Assembly (NCBI RefSeq): GCF_019683635.1
Contig: NZ_JADGIA010000003.1
Location: forward strand, 19,323 to 83,322
Direction: 5' to 3'
Length of the DNA: 64,000 nucleotides
Source: Thermogemmatispora sp.
GTDB lineage: Bacteria > Chloroflexota > Ktedonobacteria > Ktedonobacterales > Ktedonobacteraceae
Part shown: positions 29,039-39,175 of the stretch, in pieces
Layout: each line of letters begins with the position of its first letter
How positions within the stretch are numbered: the stretch's first letter is position 1
Notes under the pieces: model-generated
Told to the model about the DNA's origin: nothing
The model's input: the letters and a program-made list of their open reading frames with translations, nothing else
Databases searched by the model: none
Translations under genes and position numbers: made by a program

Positions 29039-31252
29039 TTAGAGCGTTAAGTGCAACAGCGAAAGCAGCAGATCGATGAGCTTAATGCCCACGAAGGGGG
29101 CCACGATGCCGCCCAGGCCGTAGATCAGCAGGTTGCGCCGCAGCAGTGGCCCGGCACCGATCGGGCGGTATTTCACCCCGCGCAGGGCCAACGGGATCAG
29201 CGCGATAATGATCAGAGCGTTAAAGATGACCGCCGAGAGCACCGCGCTGTGTGGGGTAGCCAGGCCCATAATATTGAGGGCATTCAGCTGCGGATAGGTG
29301 GCCGAGAAGGCCGCCGGGATAATGGCGAAGTACTTCGCCACATCGTTGGCGATGCTGAAGGTTGTCAGCGCACCGCGCGTGATCAGCAGCTGCTTGCCGA
29401 TCTCCACGATCTCGATCAGCTTCGTCGGATTCGAGTCCAGATCGATCATATTGGCGGCCTCTTTGGCGGCCTGAGTCCCGCTATTCATGGCGACGCCGAC
29501 ATCGGCCTGCGCCAGCGCGGGGGCATCGTTGGTCCCGTCGCCGGTCATAGCGACCATGCGTCCGCCGGCCTGCTGCTCGCGGATCAGCTTCAGCTTGGTC
29601 TCCGGCGTAGCCTGAGCCAGGAAGTCATCGACGCCGGCCTCGCGAGCGATCGCAGCCGCAGTCAGGGGGTTGTCGCCTGTGATCATAATTGTACGAATGC
29701 CCATGCGGCGCAGCTGCTCGAAGCGCTCACGCATGCCGCCCTTGACAATGTCCTTCAGCTCGATCACGCCCAGTACGCGGGCCTGTTCCTGGTGATCCTG
29801 GCCGGTGTGCCAGGTCTCAGCGACCACCAGAGGCGTGCTTCCGGCGCGGGCGATCTCATCGACTGTGCGCTGCAGCAGCTCACCATGTGTATCATCGCCT
29901 CCGTGTTCACGCGCATAGGCTATAATCGCCTCAGCAGCCCCTTTGCGAATGGTGCGCACAGGAGGAGTCGCCTCCTCTTCGTCCTTGATGCTGGCAGCCT
30001 GCCCGTCGGCATCAGCCAGCACGTCAAGGCCGCTCATGCGCGTCATAGCTGAGAAAGGCACGAAGCGACTGGCCTGCTTCTGGAGACTGGTCTCCTCGCC
30101 GATTCCGAAACGCTCGCGGGCCAGCGCCACAATCGAGCGACCCTCGGGCGTCTCGTCGGCCAGACTGGCCAGCAGAGCTGCTCGGGCCAGAGCCTGCTCG
30201 TCGATGCCGGGCAGGGGGAGAAAGCGTGTTGCCTGGCGATTGCCCAGGGTAATAGTTCCCGTCTTATCGAGCAGCAACACATCGACATCGCCGGCGGCCT
30301 CTACAGCGCGTCCGCTCATGGCCAGCACATTGCGCTGTACCAGGCGATCCATGCCCGCGATACCGATGGCGGAGAGCAGGCCGCCGATTGTCGTCGGGAT
30401 TAAACAAACCAGCAGGGCGATGAGGGTTGCAATCGAGACCGGGCTTCCCGAGTAAATGGCGAATGGCTCCAGCGAGACCACGACCAGCAGAAAGATGATG
30501 GTCAGGCTGGCCAGCAGAATATTGAGGGCGATCTCATTCGGGGTCTTCTGGCGCTGCGCTCCCTCGACCAGGGCGATCATGCGATCGAGAAAGGTTTCGC
30601 CGGGATTGGCGCCGATGCGCACGATAATCCAATCTGAGAGCACGCGTGTCCCGCCGGTCACAGCGCTACGGTCGCCGCCGCTCTCGCGGATGACCGGGGC
30701 CGACTCGCCAGTGATGGCCGATTCGTCGACCGCCGCCACCCCCTCGATCACCTCGCCATCGCCAGGAATGACATCGCCAGCCTCTACCAGCACATAATCG
30801 CCTTTGCGCAGGGCGGGTGCGGGCACCTCCTCCCAGGGAGCCGAGCGCTCGGGACGGCGCAGGCGCTTGGCCATTGTGGTCGTACGCGCGCGGCGCAGTG
30901 TCTCAGCCTGAGCCTTGCCGCGTCCCTCAGCCATTGCCTCTGCGAAGTTGGCGAAGAGCACCGTAAACCAGAGCCAGAGACTGACGGCCAGCACAAAGAG
31001 CGTCTCGTTATGTAAACGCTCAGCAGGGAAGGTCGGCCCGGGGGCGGTCAGTAGCAGGCGCACGAACTCGATAGTCGTGATCACGCTACCGACCTCCACC
31101 ACGAACATCACCGGATTCTTGATCTGCCAGCGTGGATCAAGCTTACGGAATGCATCCAGTAAGGCATGGCGCACGATCTGCGGATTGAAAGACGAGACGG
31201 CTCCTTTGCGCCGTGTCTTCCACGGTCGCACTTCCAGTGTGTGGCTACTCAT
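29039..31252 (-). CDS. kdpB: K+-transporting ATPase subunit B (P-type ATPase)
   Basis: [44 protein letters not shown]. Confidence 0.97.
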   Translation of the reverse strand: MSSHTLEVRPWKTRRKGAVSSFNPQIVRHALLDAFRKLDPRWQIKNPVMFVVEVGSVITTIEFVRLLLTAPGPTFPAERLHNETLFVLAVSLWLWFTVLFANFAEAMAEGRGKAQAETLRRARTTTMAKRLRRPERSAPWEEVPAPALRKGDYVLVEAGDVIPGDGEVIEGVAAVDESAITGESAPVIRESGGDRSAVTGGTRVLSDWIIVRIGANPGETFLDRMIALVEGAQRQKTPNEIALNILLASLTIIFLLVVVSLEPFAIYSGSPVSIATLIALLVCLIPTTIGGLLSAIGIAGMDRLVQRNVLAMSGRAVEAAGDVDVLLLDKTGTITLGNRQATRFLPLPGIDEQALARAALLASLADETPEGRSIVALARERFGIGEETSLQKQASRFVPFSAMTRMSGLDVLADADGQAASIKDEEEATPPVRTIRKGAAEAIIAYAREHGGDDTHGELLQRTVDEIARAGSTPLVVAETWHTGQDHQEQARVLGVIELKDIVKGGMRERFEQLRRMGIRTIMITGDNPLTAAAIAREAGVDDFLAQATPETKLKLIREQQAGGRMVAMTGDGTNDAPALAQADVGVAMNSGTQAAKEAANMIDLDSNPTKLIEIVEIGKQLLITRGALTTFSIANDVAKYFAIIPAAFSATYPQLNALNIMGLATPHSAVLSAVIFNALIIIALIPLALRGVKYRPIGAGPLLRRNLLIYGLGGIVAPFVGIKLIDLLLSLLHLTL

Positions 31253-31255
31253 TCT

Positions 31256-32992
31256 TTAAAAGGTCCTTCCTGCCAGCATCAGCAAGTGTTCAACAATTGG
31301 CCCGAGGGCGTAAGCCGGGAAGTAGGTCAAAGCTCCCACGATCAGGATAACTCCCACCAGAAGCGAGACGAAGAGCGGCCCTGTCGTCGGGAAGGTGCCT
31401 GGTCCGGCGGGGACCACGCGCTTACTGACGAGCGAGCCGCCAAAGGCCAGGATGGGGGTCAGGAAGGCGAAGCGCCCGATCAGCATGGCAAAGGCCCCGG
31501 TCCAGTTGTAGAAAGGCGTATTGCCAGCCAGGCCGGCGAAGGCTGAACCGTTGTTGCCGTTTGAGGAGGTATACAGATAGAGAATCTCCGAAAGGCCGTG
31601 CGGGCCGGTGTTTGTCGTCAACGCAGCCAGGCCCTGGGGCAAGACGCTGGCCACGGCGGCAAAGCCCAGGATCGTGGCCGGGCTAATCAGCAGTGCCAGA
31701 GCGGCCATCATGACCTCTTTACGCTCGATCTTCTTCCCGAGGTACTCTGGCGTGCGCCCCACCATCAGCCCGGCGATAAAGACCGTCAGGATGGCGAACA
31801 TCAGCATGCCGTAGAGGCCCGAACCGACACCGCCGAAGATCACCTCACCCAGGGCTATATTGGCCAGAGGTACCAGACCGCCAAGCGGTGTATAGCTATC
31901 GAGGAAGCTATTGACAGCCCCACAGGAAGTAGCGGTTGTCGTCACCGTAAAGAGCACAGAGTCAGTGATGCCGAAGCGCACCTCCTTCCCCTCCATGTTG
32001 CCGCCGGGCTGCAGGGCGGAAGCCTGCTGGTTGACCCCAAGATGCGCGAGTAAAGGATTCCCGCCTTGCTCGGCGGGCAGGGCCACAGCCAGGCCGAGGA
32101 CAAAGAGGATGGCAGCGGCGGCCCACAAAGCCCAGCCCTGACGGGTATTGCCGACCATGCGTCCGAACATGTAGAACATGCCGGCACCGATGCTGATGAT
32201 CGCCAGCATCTCGATCAGATTCGTCAGGGCGGTCGGGTTCTCATAGGGGTGGGCTGAGTTGGCGTTGAAGAAGCCGCCGCCATTGGTCCCCAGCTCTTTG
32301 ATGATCTCTTGGGAGGCCACTGGTCCCTGAGCGATGACCTGCAGCCCTCCGTCGAGGGTATGGACGACCGTGTAAGAATTGAAATTCTGAACCACGCCCT
32401 GTGAAACCAGCATCAGGGCCCCGACCAGGCAGATGGGCAGCAGGATATAGAGCGTGGCGCGCGTCAGGTCAACCCAGAAATTGCCAAGGTGCTCGGCGCT
32501 GCGGCGCGCCAGACCGCGCACTAAAGCCACGGCCAGGGCCATACCGGTGGCCGCCGAGATAAAGTTATGATAAGCCAGACCGGCCATCTGGGTCAGGTAG
32601 CTCATGGTCTGCTCACCAGCGTAGTTCTGCCAGTTCGTGTTCGTCGTAAAGCTGGCGGCTGTATTAAACGCCAGCTGTGGCTCAACTGGCCCCAGATGCT
32701 GCGGATTGAGCGGCAGCCATTGCTGTGTCCGCTCCAGCCCGTAGAGCAAGAGCATGCCAGCCAGATTAAAAACCAGCATGGCGATCACGTAGCCGGTCCA
32801 GCGTTGTTCCCGTGCGGGATCAATACCGCAAGCGCGGTAGAGGAAGCGCTCTAGCGGAGCGAAGACCGGCGACAGCCAGGTGCGCTCGCCGTTGAAAACT
32901 CTGGTCATATAGAGACCGAGCGGCTTCGTCAGCGCTAAAACTAGCGCTAAGAAGAGCACGATCTGTACAAGGCTATTGAACGTAATGAACAT
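31256..32992 (-). CDS. kdpA: K+-transporting ATPase subunit A
   Basis: [41 protein letters not shown]. Confidence 0.97.
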   Translation of the reverse strand: MFITFNSLVQIVLFLALVLALTKPLGLYMTRVFNGERTWLSPVFAPLERFLYRACGIDPAREQRWTGYVIAMLVFNLAGMLLLYGLERTQQWLPLNPQHLGPVEPQLAFNTAASFTTNTNWQNYAGEQTMSYLTQMAGLAYHNFISAATGMALAVALVRGLARRSAEHLGNFWVDLTRATLYILLPICLVGALMLVSQGVVQNFNSYTVVHTLDGGLQVIAQGPVASQEIIKELGTNGGGFFNANSAHPYENPTALTNLIEMLAIISIGAGMFYMFGRMVGNTRQGWALWAAAAILFVLGLAVALPAEQGGNPLLAHLGVNQQASALQPGGNMEGKEVRFGITDSVLFTVTTTATSCGAVNSFLDSYTPLGGLVPLANIALGEVIFGGVGSGLYGMLMFAILTVFIAGLMVGRTPEYLGKKIERKEVMMAALALLISPATILGFAAVASVLPQGLAALTTNTGPHGLSEILYLYTSSNGNNGSAFAGLAGNTPFYNWTGAFAMLIGRFAFLTPILAFGGSLVSKRVVPAGPGTFPTTGPLFVSLLVGVILIVGALTYFPAYALGPIVEHLLMLAGRTF

Positions 32993-33027
32993 TGCGAAAG
33001 GCCATCCTCTATAGATGAGTGAGAGGT

Positions 33028-33123
33028 TTAGAAGCGTTCTGGCTTCAGCAGTGCGATGAACAGGTAGATGAGCAGCAGCAGCGCGCTCAAACCAGTCAGC
33101 AAGTACTCTAGTGGTGTATTCAT
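33028..33123 (-). CDS. kdpF: KdpF stabilising peptide (31 aa; below the ORF-track cut-off)
   Basis: [31 protein letters not shown]. Typical YL..ALL.PE.F end, GAGGAG RBS, directly upstream of kdpA. Confidence 0.9.
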   Translation of the reverse strand: MNTPLEYLLTGLSALLLLIYLFIALLKPERF

Positions 33124-33156
33124 CGAAGTGCTCCTCTGTACGTCAACATGGCCTGC

Positions 33157-33240
33157 TCACAAGCGCTCGCAGGCCAGCGTGAAACCGACGAAGATCAAGA
33201 ATGTGAGCAAGGTCACCAGCACAATCAGCGTATCAAGCAT
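33157..33240 (-). CDS. 27-aa hydrophobic micro-peptide upstream of kdpF
   Basis: MLDTLIVLVTLLTFLIFVGFTLACERL with its own GAGGAG RBS; single TM helix. Confidence 0.65.
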   Translation of the reverse strand: MLDTLIVLVTLLTFLIFVGFTLACERL

Positions 33241-33251
33241 AGAGCCACTCC

Positions 33252-33707
33252 TCAGAAGCTGGCCTCTCTGTATCCGGTAGAGCGGAGAGAGAGATGAGCA
33301 ACCTGCTCCCCCCGCTGGTGTGCGCAAGCTCTGGCAACCAGCCGCAGCACAGCGCCAAGCGGACAGAGACGAGGCAGACAAGCAAGCGGACGCAGCTCAG
33401 ATCTGTGCCACATCTGAAGCGGATTAGCAGACAACAGGATGACTGGGAGACAGGGATCACCCTGCTCCGTAGCCCGCGGCGCGAGTAAGCCACGCGCGTG
33501 GGCCTGGCGCAGCAGACCCCAGCCAGTGTCGTCGCTCAGCGCCAGATCGACGATTAGCAGGGCGGCTCTTCTCCCTGTAAGCTGAGCCAGGGCAGCCGCT
33601 GCAGTCTCGCAAAGCGTTGTCTCGTAGCCCTGGGCTTGCAGTGCCCGCTGCAGCAGAGAGCCGAGGAATGCATCACTTGTCGCAATCAAGATATGTTCCG
33701 TTGCCAT
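33252..33707 (-). CDS. Stand-alone atypical receiver (REC)-domain protein
   Basis: HILIATSD (acid pocket eroded), LLIVDL (Asp kept), LPVILLSA; the conserved KP is absent. Confidence 0.6.
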   Translation of the reverse strand: MATEHILIATSDAFLGSLLQRALQAQGYETTLCETAAAALAQLTGRRAALLIVDLALSDDTGWGLLRQAHARGLLAPRATEQGDPCLPVILLSANPLQMWHRSELRPLACLPRLCPLGAVLRLVARACAHQRGEQVAHLSLRSTGYREASF

Positions 33708-33799
33708 TGCTTAATATATACCTCTGCTCTATTGAGCATAACAAAACCAACGAACCGTGATTGATAGCTCTCTAGCGTCTCTGGCCTTAGTGAGGCTAT

Positions 33800-34300
33800 C
33801 TAACGAGCGCTGCCAATGCGAGCCAGTCGTCCAAGGCTGTGGACTCTCAGCCAGGCGCAGAGCCGTTGTATAAGTGAGAGACCCTCAGACTGCTCTGGCA
33901 GGTAAAAAAGCATCAGGGGCACCAGGCGCTCACGCACGAGCCGCTGGACCTGTGATGCGGGCAGCAGAGCATCGCCGTGCGGACGACGGATGACGAGAAC
34001 TCGATCGCAGGCAAACTCGTGAGCAAAGCTCACAATGCTTTGCCCGACATCGTTGGTCAATAGCTCATAGGCTTCGCCTTTGACCCTGTAGCGCTGGCGC
34101 TTCCAGCGCACCACTTCCAGGAAATCCTGTGACTGCTGCCAGTGCTCGGCGCGCAGCTTACAGGGCGAGCGTGTCGTTGCTCCTGGCAGCAGAGAGAGCG
34201 CGATCAAGCTTGCTCCCTCCAGAGCGGCGAGACGCATAATGGCATCGATCGCCTCTACATCGACCTCCCAGCTAAAGGGGAGTAACCAGCGTCGGCTCAT
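33800..34300 (-). CDS. Universal-stress-protein-like protein
   Basis: RWLLPFS..VD..AIDAIMRLA...GASLIALSL, DVGQSIVSFAHEFACDRVLVI. Start refined to ATG 34300. Confidence 0.6.
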   Translation of the reverse strand: MSRRWLLPFSWEVDVEAIDAIMRLAALEGASLIALSLLPGATTRSPCKLRAEHWQQSQDFLEVVRWKRQRYRVKGEAYELLTNDVGQSIVSFAHEFACDRVLVIRRPHGDALLPASQVQRLVRERLVPLMLFYLPEQSEGLSLIQRLCAWLRVHSLGRLARIGSAR

Positions 34301-34390
34301 CTTGATTTGTCCCTTCTTGCGGCTTCGCCATCGCATCGCCGCCGATAGCGAAGCCTTGGCACTTCTCTGCTTCGGCTTGCTCTCAGCTAG

Positions 34391-34490
34391 AGTGTAGATC
34401 AGGATCGCTCAGGATGCGTTCCAAGTTTGCCCCACTTTGCTCAAGCTTTTCTCCAGAGGGCGGAGCAAGGACTCAAGACAAACTCAAGAC
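34391..34490 (-). promoter_or_regulatory. Putative activator-dependent promoter with phased direct repeats (candidate KdpE boxes)
   Basis: Minus-strand -10 TACACT (34391-34396) with no good -35. Direct repeats TCAGGAT x2 (34399, 34409) and ACTCAAGAC x2 (34471, 34482). Confidence 0.4.
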
Positions 34491-35218
34491 TCCGAAGGGT
34501 CAGGTTCACGAGCGGCCTCGACCTCATCGCTGAAGCGGTAGCCCACACCGGGAATGGTCAAGATTAAGCGTGGATTGCCGGGTCGAGGCTCGATCTTCTG
34601 CCGGAGCTGTGCCACATAGACGTGGAGGCTATGCATGCGATCATGTGAGGCTGCCCCCCAGAGCATTTGCAGCAACATCTGGCGTGTCAGCAGCTTACCG
34701 CGATGGGTTACGAAGATTCTCAGCAGCTCATACTCGGTCGGGGTCAGGGCCACATCGTGTCCACTGAGCAACACCCGGCGATTTCCCAGGTCGACCACCA
34801 GTGGCCCGATGCGCACCTGCTCCTCCGCGGAGTGTCCATTTTGTCGCTCCAGCCGGCGCAGGGCTACGCGGATACGGGCCAGCACCTCGGCGATCCCGAA
34901 CGGCTTGGACACGTAGTCGTCGGCTCCCAAATCCAGGGCTTCTACCTTATCGTGCTCACTATTTTTCACCGAGAGCACAATGATTGGCGTCGACGAGACA
35001 GCCCGGATACGGCGACAGACCTCCAGGCCGCTTACATCAGGCAGCAGCAAATCGAGCAGCACGAGATCGGGATGAGCGCGGCTGAACAGCGTCAGCGCCT
35101 CCTCGCCGCTGCCGGTACACTGGACCCGGTAGCCGTGAGCAATCAGACTGCGCTCCAGAGCGCCGGCCAGTTCCGGCTCATCCTCGACCACCAGGATGGT
35201 GGCCCCAAAGCTTGCCAT
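34484..35218 (-). CDS. kdpE: OmpR-family response regulator KdpE
   Basis: ILVVEDE, LVLLDL, DYVSKPF, LTPTEYELL, LHVYVAQLRQKIE, TIPGVGYRF. Start refined to ATG 35218. Confidence 0.88.
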   Translation of the reverse strand: MASFGATILVVEDEPELAGALERSLIAHGYRVQCTGSGEEALTLFSRAHPDLVLLDLLLPDVSGLEVCRRIRAVSSTPIIVLSVKNSEHDKVEALDLGADDYVSKPFGIAEVLARIRVALRRLERQNGHSAEEQVRIGPLVVDLGNRRVLLSGHDVALTPTEYELLRIFVTHRGKLLTRQMLLQMLWGAASHDRMHSLHVYVAQLRQKIEPRPGNPRLILTIPGVGYRFSDEVEAAREPDPSES

Positions 35219-35693
35219 AGTATGACACCTCCCGCAGCCAGGCAGCAGAACCAGACCATCTGCGTCTCCGCTGCTACTGGACCGTTTGTCCTTAACTACC
35301 CTCAGCAAGGGCCAGTATAGCCTGAGAACAGTCAAAAAACGGGCAGAGGTTCGGGGTCTGGTTCTCAGGATTTCCTCAAAAAATGACCCTGTTCTGCCTC
35401 GATGCCTCAGCCCCTGGAAAGCAAGCTGCCAGCTATGTCGAGCCGAAAGAAGGGGAGGCCTTGCGCAATCAATAAGGATGAGGTTGGAGAAAAGAAGAGA
35501 GTGGGAGCCGGGCAGGACCGCTGCCTGCCCTCACAGCCGTGCGAGGCGGGCCATCGAGGGCGGGCGGCGGCGATGGGTCAGGAGCAGACGCAGGGAGTGT
35601 GGCCCGTGGCCGTCCTGGCCCATCGTCGCCTGGCCGAGAGAGAAAGAGGAAGGGAAAAGCCAGACGTCAGCGGCCTGTGTCTGCGTAGGAGAC

Positions 35694-36776
35694 TTAGCCC
35701 CAGACCTCGCGCGCCACACTCGCCACCAATTCCAGCTTGCGGCGCTGGTCTTCGAGCGACAGGCGATTCCCTTCGATGGTAGAAGCGAATCCACACTGCG
35801 GGCTAAGCGCCAGCCGCTCCAAAGGAATATAGCGCGTCGCCTCCTCAATACGCCGGCGCAGCTCATCGCGGCTCTCCAGCTGCGGCTTCTTCGTCGTCAC
35901 CAGGCCCAAGACCACAAAGCGGTCCTCTGGCATATAGCGCAGTGGCTCGAAGCCGCCCGAGCGCTCATCGTCATACTCCAGCAGGAAGCGCTGGAAATGC
36001 GTCTTCTGGAAGATGCGAGCGATTGGCCCATAATCGCCGCTGGCATAAAACTTGCTTTGATTATTGCCGCGGCAGATATGGATACCGAAGGTAATTCCCG
36101 GATGGCCATCGATAATGGCATTATCCAGCTCGATGCAGCGATCGATGAGCTTCTCGGGATCGTTGCCGCGCTGGCGATAGCCCTCGCGGATCTGGGGGTC
36201 GAGCAGGGCAGCGTACTGAGGGGCATCGATCTGGATATAGGTGCAGCCCAGGCGGATCAACTCCTCGACTTCGCGGCGAGAGATATCAACGATATCGGCG
36301 AGGTAGGCATCGAGCGTAGGGTAAGCACCCTTCGACTTCTCGGGGTCGTAGTAGGCTGCGGCCTGCTGGGCGCTAATCATGGTCACCTTACCAGCGTGCT
36401 TCTTGCGCGCACGCAGATAGACCCATTCTTCGCTGCACATGTTGCGTCGCCAGCGCAAGCGATCTACCACCACTGGGCGGCGCATTACCAGCTCCTCGCC
36501 GCTTTCATCACGGAAAGGAATAGCCCAGCCGCCATACTTATCAAAGCCGTCGAGAGCCTCGATGAGATGGCCGAAGAAAGCATAACGTCGCTGCTCTCCA
36601 TCGGTAATCACCTCGATGCCGGCCTCCTCCTGCAGCGCGATCGCCTCATCAACGGCCCGGTCCTCGATCGCCTTAAATTCGGCGGCGCTGATCGCTCCCT
36701 CCTCTAACTGCTGGCGCGCTTGATGGAGATAAGGGGGACGGAGCAAACTGCCGATTACTTCGCTATGGTAGACCAT
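35694..36776 (-). CDS. Cobalamin-independent methionine synthase II family (stand-alone MetE catalytic barrel)
   Basis: VIGSLLRP, ITDGEQRR, IQIDAP; Zn ligands HICRGN, LEYD and PQCGFAS. Confidence 0.85.
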   Translation of the reverse strand: MVYHSEVIGSLLRPPYLHQARQQLEEGAISAAEFKAIEDRAVDEAIALQEEAGIEVITDGEQRRYAFFGHLIEALDGFDKYGGWAIPFRDESGEELVMRRPVVVDRLRWRRNMCSEEWVYLRARKKHAGKVTMISAQQAAAYYDPEKSKGAYPTLDAYLADIVDISRREVEELIRLGCTYIQIDAPQYAALLDPQIREGYRQRGNDPEKLIDRCIELDNAIIDGHPGITFGIHICRGNNQSKFYASGDYGPIARIFQKTHFQRFLLEYDDERSGGFEPLRYMPEDRFVVLGLVTTKKPQLESRDELRRRIEEATRYIPLERLALSPQCGFASTIEGNRLSLEDQRRKLELVASVAREVWG

Positions 36777-37218
36777 TGCGCTTCTCCTTCTTCATGCACT
36801 TCTCGTCTTCTGGCTCACTGACTGACCACTCTCCCTCTGGTCCGCGGTCGTAAGCGGGGAAGGGTTTTACCGGCTGTCTCGGCCAGCCCCCGGCCAGGCA
36901 GCGGCTCTATCTCACCCGCCGCTCGCAGATGGACTGGCGACCGACGATGTGCCGTTCGGGCCTAATCAGCGAACGCGAAAAGCGAACAGCCAGCAACATC
37001 TCAGTCTAAACTGAGTGGGCGGCAGGCGAAAAGCCACCGCCTCAGATCCTGTCGTGGGAGGCCCGATCAAGAAACGGAGCGGCCTGGAGCGCACGGAAAG
37101 CCAAACCACTGTTTGGCCCGATAGCCACATGTAGCAACCAGTGGAGATCAGCGACATGGTTACTGGCCAGGCCGGTCACAGCAGATCAAGAGCGAGAGCG
37201 ATCCGCTCTTGTCCCCTC

Positions 37219-38232
37219 TCAGAGGGGATCGAAGACAGGAGCTGGGGTCTGTCCACCCTGACCGGCCTGCACTGTCTCGATGACCGGCGTTCCGTAGGTC
37301 TTAAAGCTCTCTGGCAAGGCGCCGCCCCAATAGACGCCGCGCCCGCGCTGCTCGCGGCGCCAGACAATCGGCTCCCAATCGGGAGCAAAAGCAAGGTAGC
37401 CGCCGGAGTAGACTTCGACCCGATTGCCGCCTGGCTCGTACAGGTAGAGGAAGAACGCCTGTGAGACGTTATGGCGCGCTGGTCCCGCCTCAATAAAGAT
37501 ATCATGTTCTGACAGAATATCGGCGGCGCGTAGCACCTCCTCGCGGCTATCCAGCCAGTAAGCGATGTGATGCAGGCGTCCATGCGCGCCGCTGAAATCG
37601 CGCATATAGGCGATATCGTGAGTGAGCGGCGTCACACTGAGCCAGGCCCCTTCCTCAACACCGTTCTCCTCCGGTTGCAGTAGCTCGCGCAGACGGAATC
37701 CGAGCTGTTCCTGCAGGAAGAGGCGATTGGGTGTGATATCGTGGCACATCAGGTTCACATGATCGATGCGCTTCACCCCCACGCCGTGGCCGGTAAACTT
37801 CTGAGGCTGATTGTAGAGGCGGGAGCGTAGCTCTGCCGAGGCCAAATATTTTTTAGCCTCGTAATACAATTCCATGATATGCCCATCGGGATCAGTAAAG
37901 CGGTAGGCGCGCCCGTGGCCGACATCGCCATCGATCCAGCCCTGGCCGTAGCCCTGAGAAGACAGCGCCTGAACGCGGCGTTCCAGCGCCTGGGGGCTGA
38001 CGGTGCGCCATCCGACATGACCGAGGCCGGCGTGCGGCGCCTCGGTCAGCTTGAGAGTACAGTGTTCGTAATCGCCGTAAGCGCGGAGGTAGACCGACTG
38101 GCCCTGGCGGTCGGTCACCGTCATCCCGAGTATCTCTGTGAAGAACCAGAGGCTCTCGGCAGGTCGAGGGGTAAGCAGCTCAACATGGCCCAAGTGGGCA
38201 ACATCCCTGATTGGCTCCTGAAAATCCGTCAT
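37219..38232 (-). CDS. xylE: Catechol 2,3-dioxygenase (extradiol, VOC family)
   Basis: HLGHVELLTP, RIDHVNL, GRLHHIAYW, GPARH...FFLYLYEPGGNRVEVY. Start refined to ATG 38232 after GAGGAG. Confidence 0.88.
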   Translation of the reverse strand: MTDFQEPIRDVAHLGHVELLTPRPAESLWFFTEILGMTVTDRQGQSVYLRAYGDYEHCTLKLTEAPHAGLGHVGWRTVSPQALERRVQALSSQGYGQGWIDGDVGHGRAYRFTDPDGHIMELYYEAKKYLASAELRSRLYNQPQKFTGHGVGVKRIDHVNLMCHDITPNRLFLQEQLGFRLRELLQPEENGVEEGAWLSVTPLTHDIAYMRDFSGAHGRLHHIAYWLDSREEVLRAADILSEHDIFIEAGPARHNVSQAFFLYLYEPGGNRVEVYSGGYLAFAPDWEPIVWRREQRGRGVYWGGALPESFKTYGTPVIETVQAGQGGQTPAPVFDPL

Positions 38233-38385
38233 GGGGCCATCTCCTCTCTTGGTTGCGGCATTGCAGCGCGGCGGAGAACAGGCTCTGACCTTGCCTGCGG
38301 CTGCGGTCGGCCCTGCTGAGCACAGCACAGGATGGAGATCTGTCCTGTGACTGGCAAGGCTCACGTCCTGCTCTTCCGTCTCGCG

Positions 38386-38832
38386 TCAACGTGGTTCTGA
38401 CTCCTTTGAACCATGCTGGTCTTCATCCGCGACCAGTTGCTCAAGAATTTGCGCACCGAGGTTGCCAGCAGGCAACCCGCGAAAGAGAAAAGCCAGATTG
38501 ACCACCGCGTTGAGTTCTTCCCAGGTGGCGCCAGCGCGCCGGGCGGCGCGTGCATGCAGGTGAGCCGCATCAGAGAGCAGCACCAGCAGCATGCCGAAGA
38601 GCATTAACTGGGCTGTCTTCGTGTCAAAGCATGAGGGATACATAGCGCGCCGGCGGATCTCTTCCTGGAGCAGAAGGAAGTCGGGATCGAGGCGGGCTAG
38701 CAGATCGGTTCGGGCCTGAACCCGCGGGGGAACAAAGCCAATCAGCTCGCTATAGCGCTGGCGAAGCTCCGCCAGCTGCTCCTGGCTCAGCTTCAGCTCA
38801 GGAAGCTGATCTCCCCCTTGAGAGTGGCTCAT
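38386..38832 (-). CDS. Carboxymuconolactone decarboxylase/AhpD-like protein (no CxxC)
   Basis: FDTKTAQLMLFGML...HLHARAARRAGATWEEL CMD signature. Start refined to ATG 38832. Confidence 0.75.
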   Translation of the reverse strand: MSHSQGGDQLPELKLSQEQLAELRQRYSELIGFVPPRVQARTDLLARLDPDFLLLQEEIRRRAMYPSCFDTKTAQLMLFGMLLVLLSDAAHLHARAARRAGATWEELNAVVNLAFLFRGLPAGNLGAQILEQLVADEDQHGSKESEPR

Positions 38833-39175
38833 ATGCGCGTCTCTCTCCTTGCCCTTCAGTGGGCTGACTGAAATAGCCGGCCTGCATACGAGGCGAGCGT
38901 CTTTGTTTGTATACATGATACCATAAAATGACCGTCAGGCTGCAGACGAAACCCCGCAGGCCGACCGCGTTTGTAGGACCCCGAGAACGCTCACAAAGCC
39001 ATCCCACAGTCAGGACAAGGGCCAGAAAACCAGGCTGGGAGAGGCGAACGTCTTTGTCGTTGGAGGCCCTCATGGGAGTCGGGTCACTCAGACCCGGTGG
39101 AAGGAGTGCAAGCGTCTTAAAAGGGAGCTGGCAGTAGGGAGAAAGCTCTACTGAACAAGCTTTATCTTAGCGGGT

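Noticed and set aside
27152-30455. Long + strand ORFs (27152-28357, 29051-30052, 29943-30455)
   Set aside because: Antisense shadows of kdpD and kdpB, which carry clear motifs.
35286-36707. 473-aa + strand ORF
   Set aside because: Antisense to the MetE-like gene; no recognisable domain.
36777-37218. SAM-I, T-box or cobalamin riboswitch upstream of the MetE-like gene
   Set aside because: Their consensus cores were not found by eye; the region is kept only as an unclassified structure candidate.
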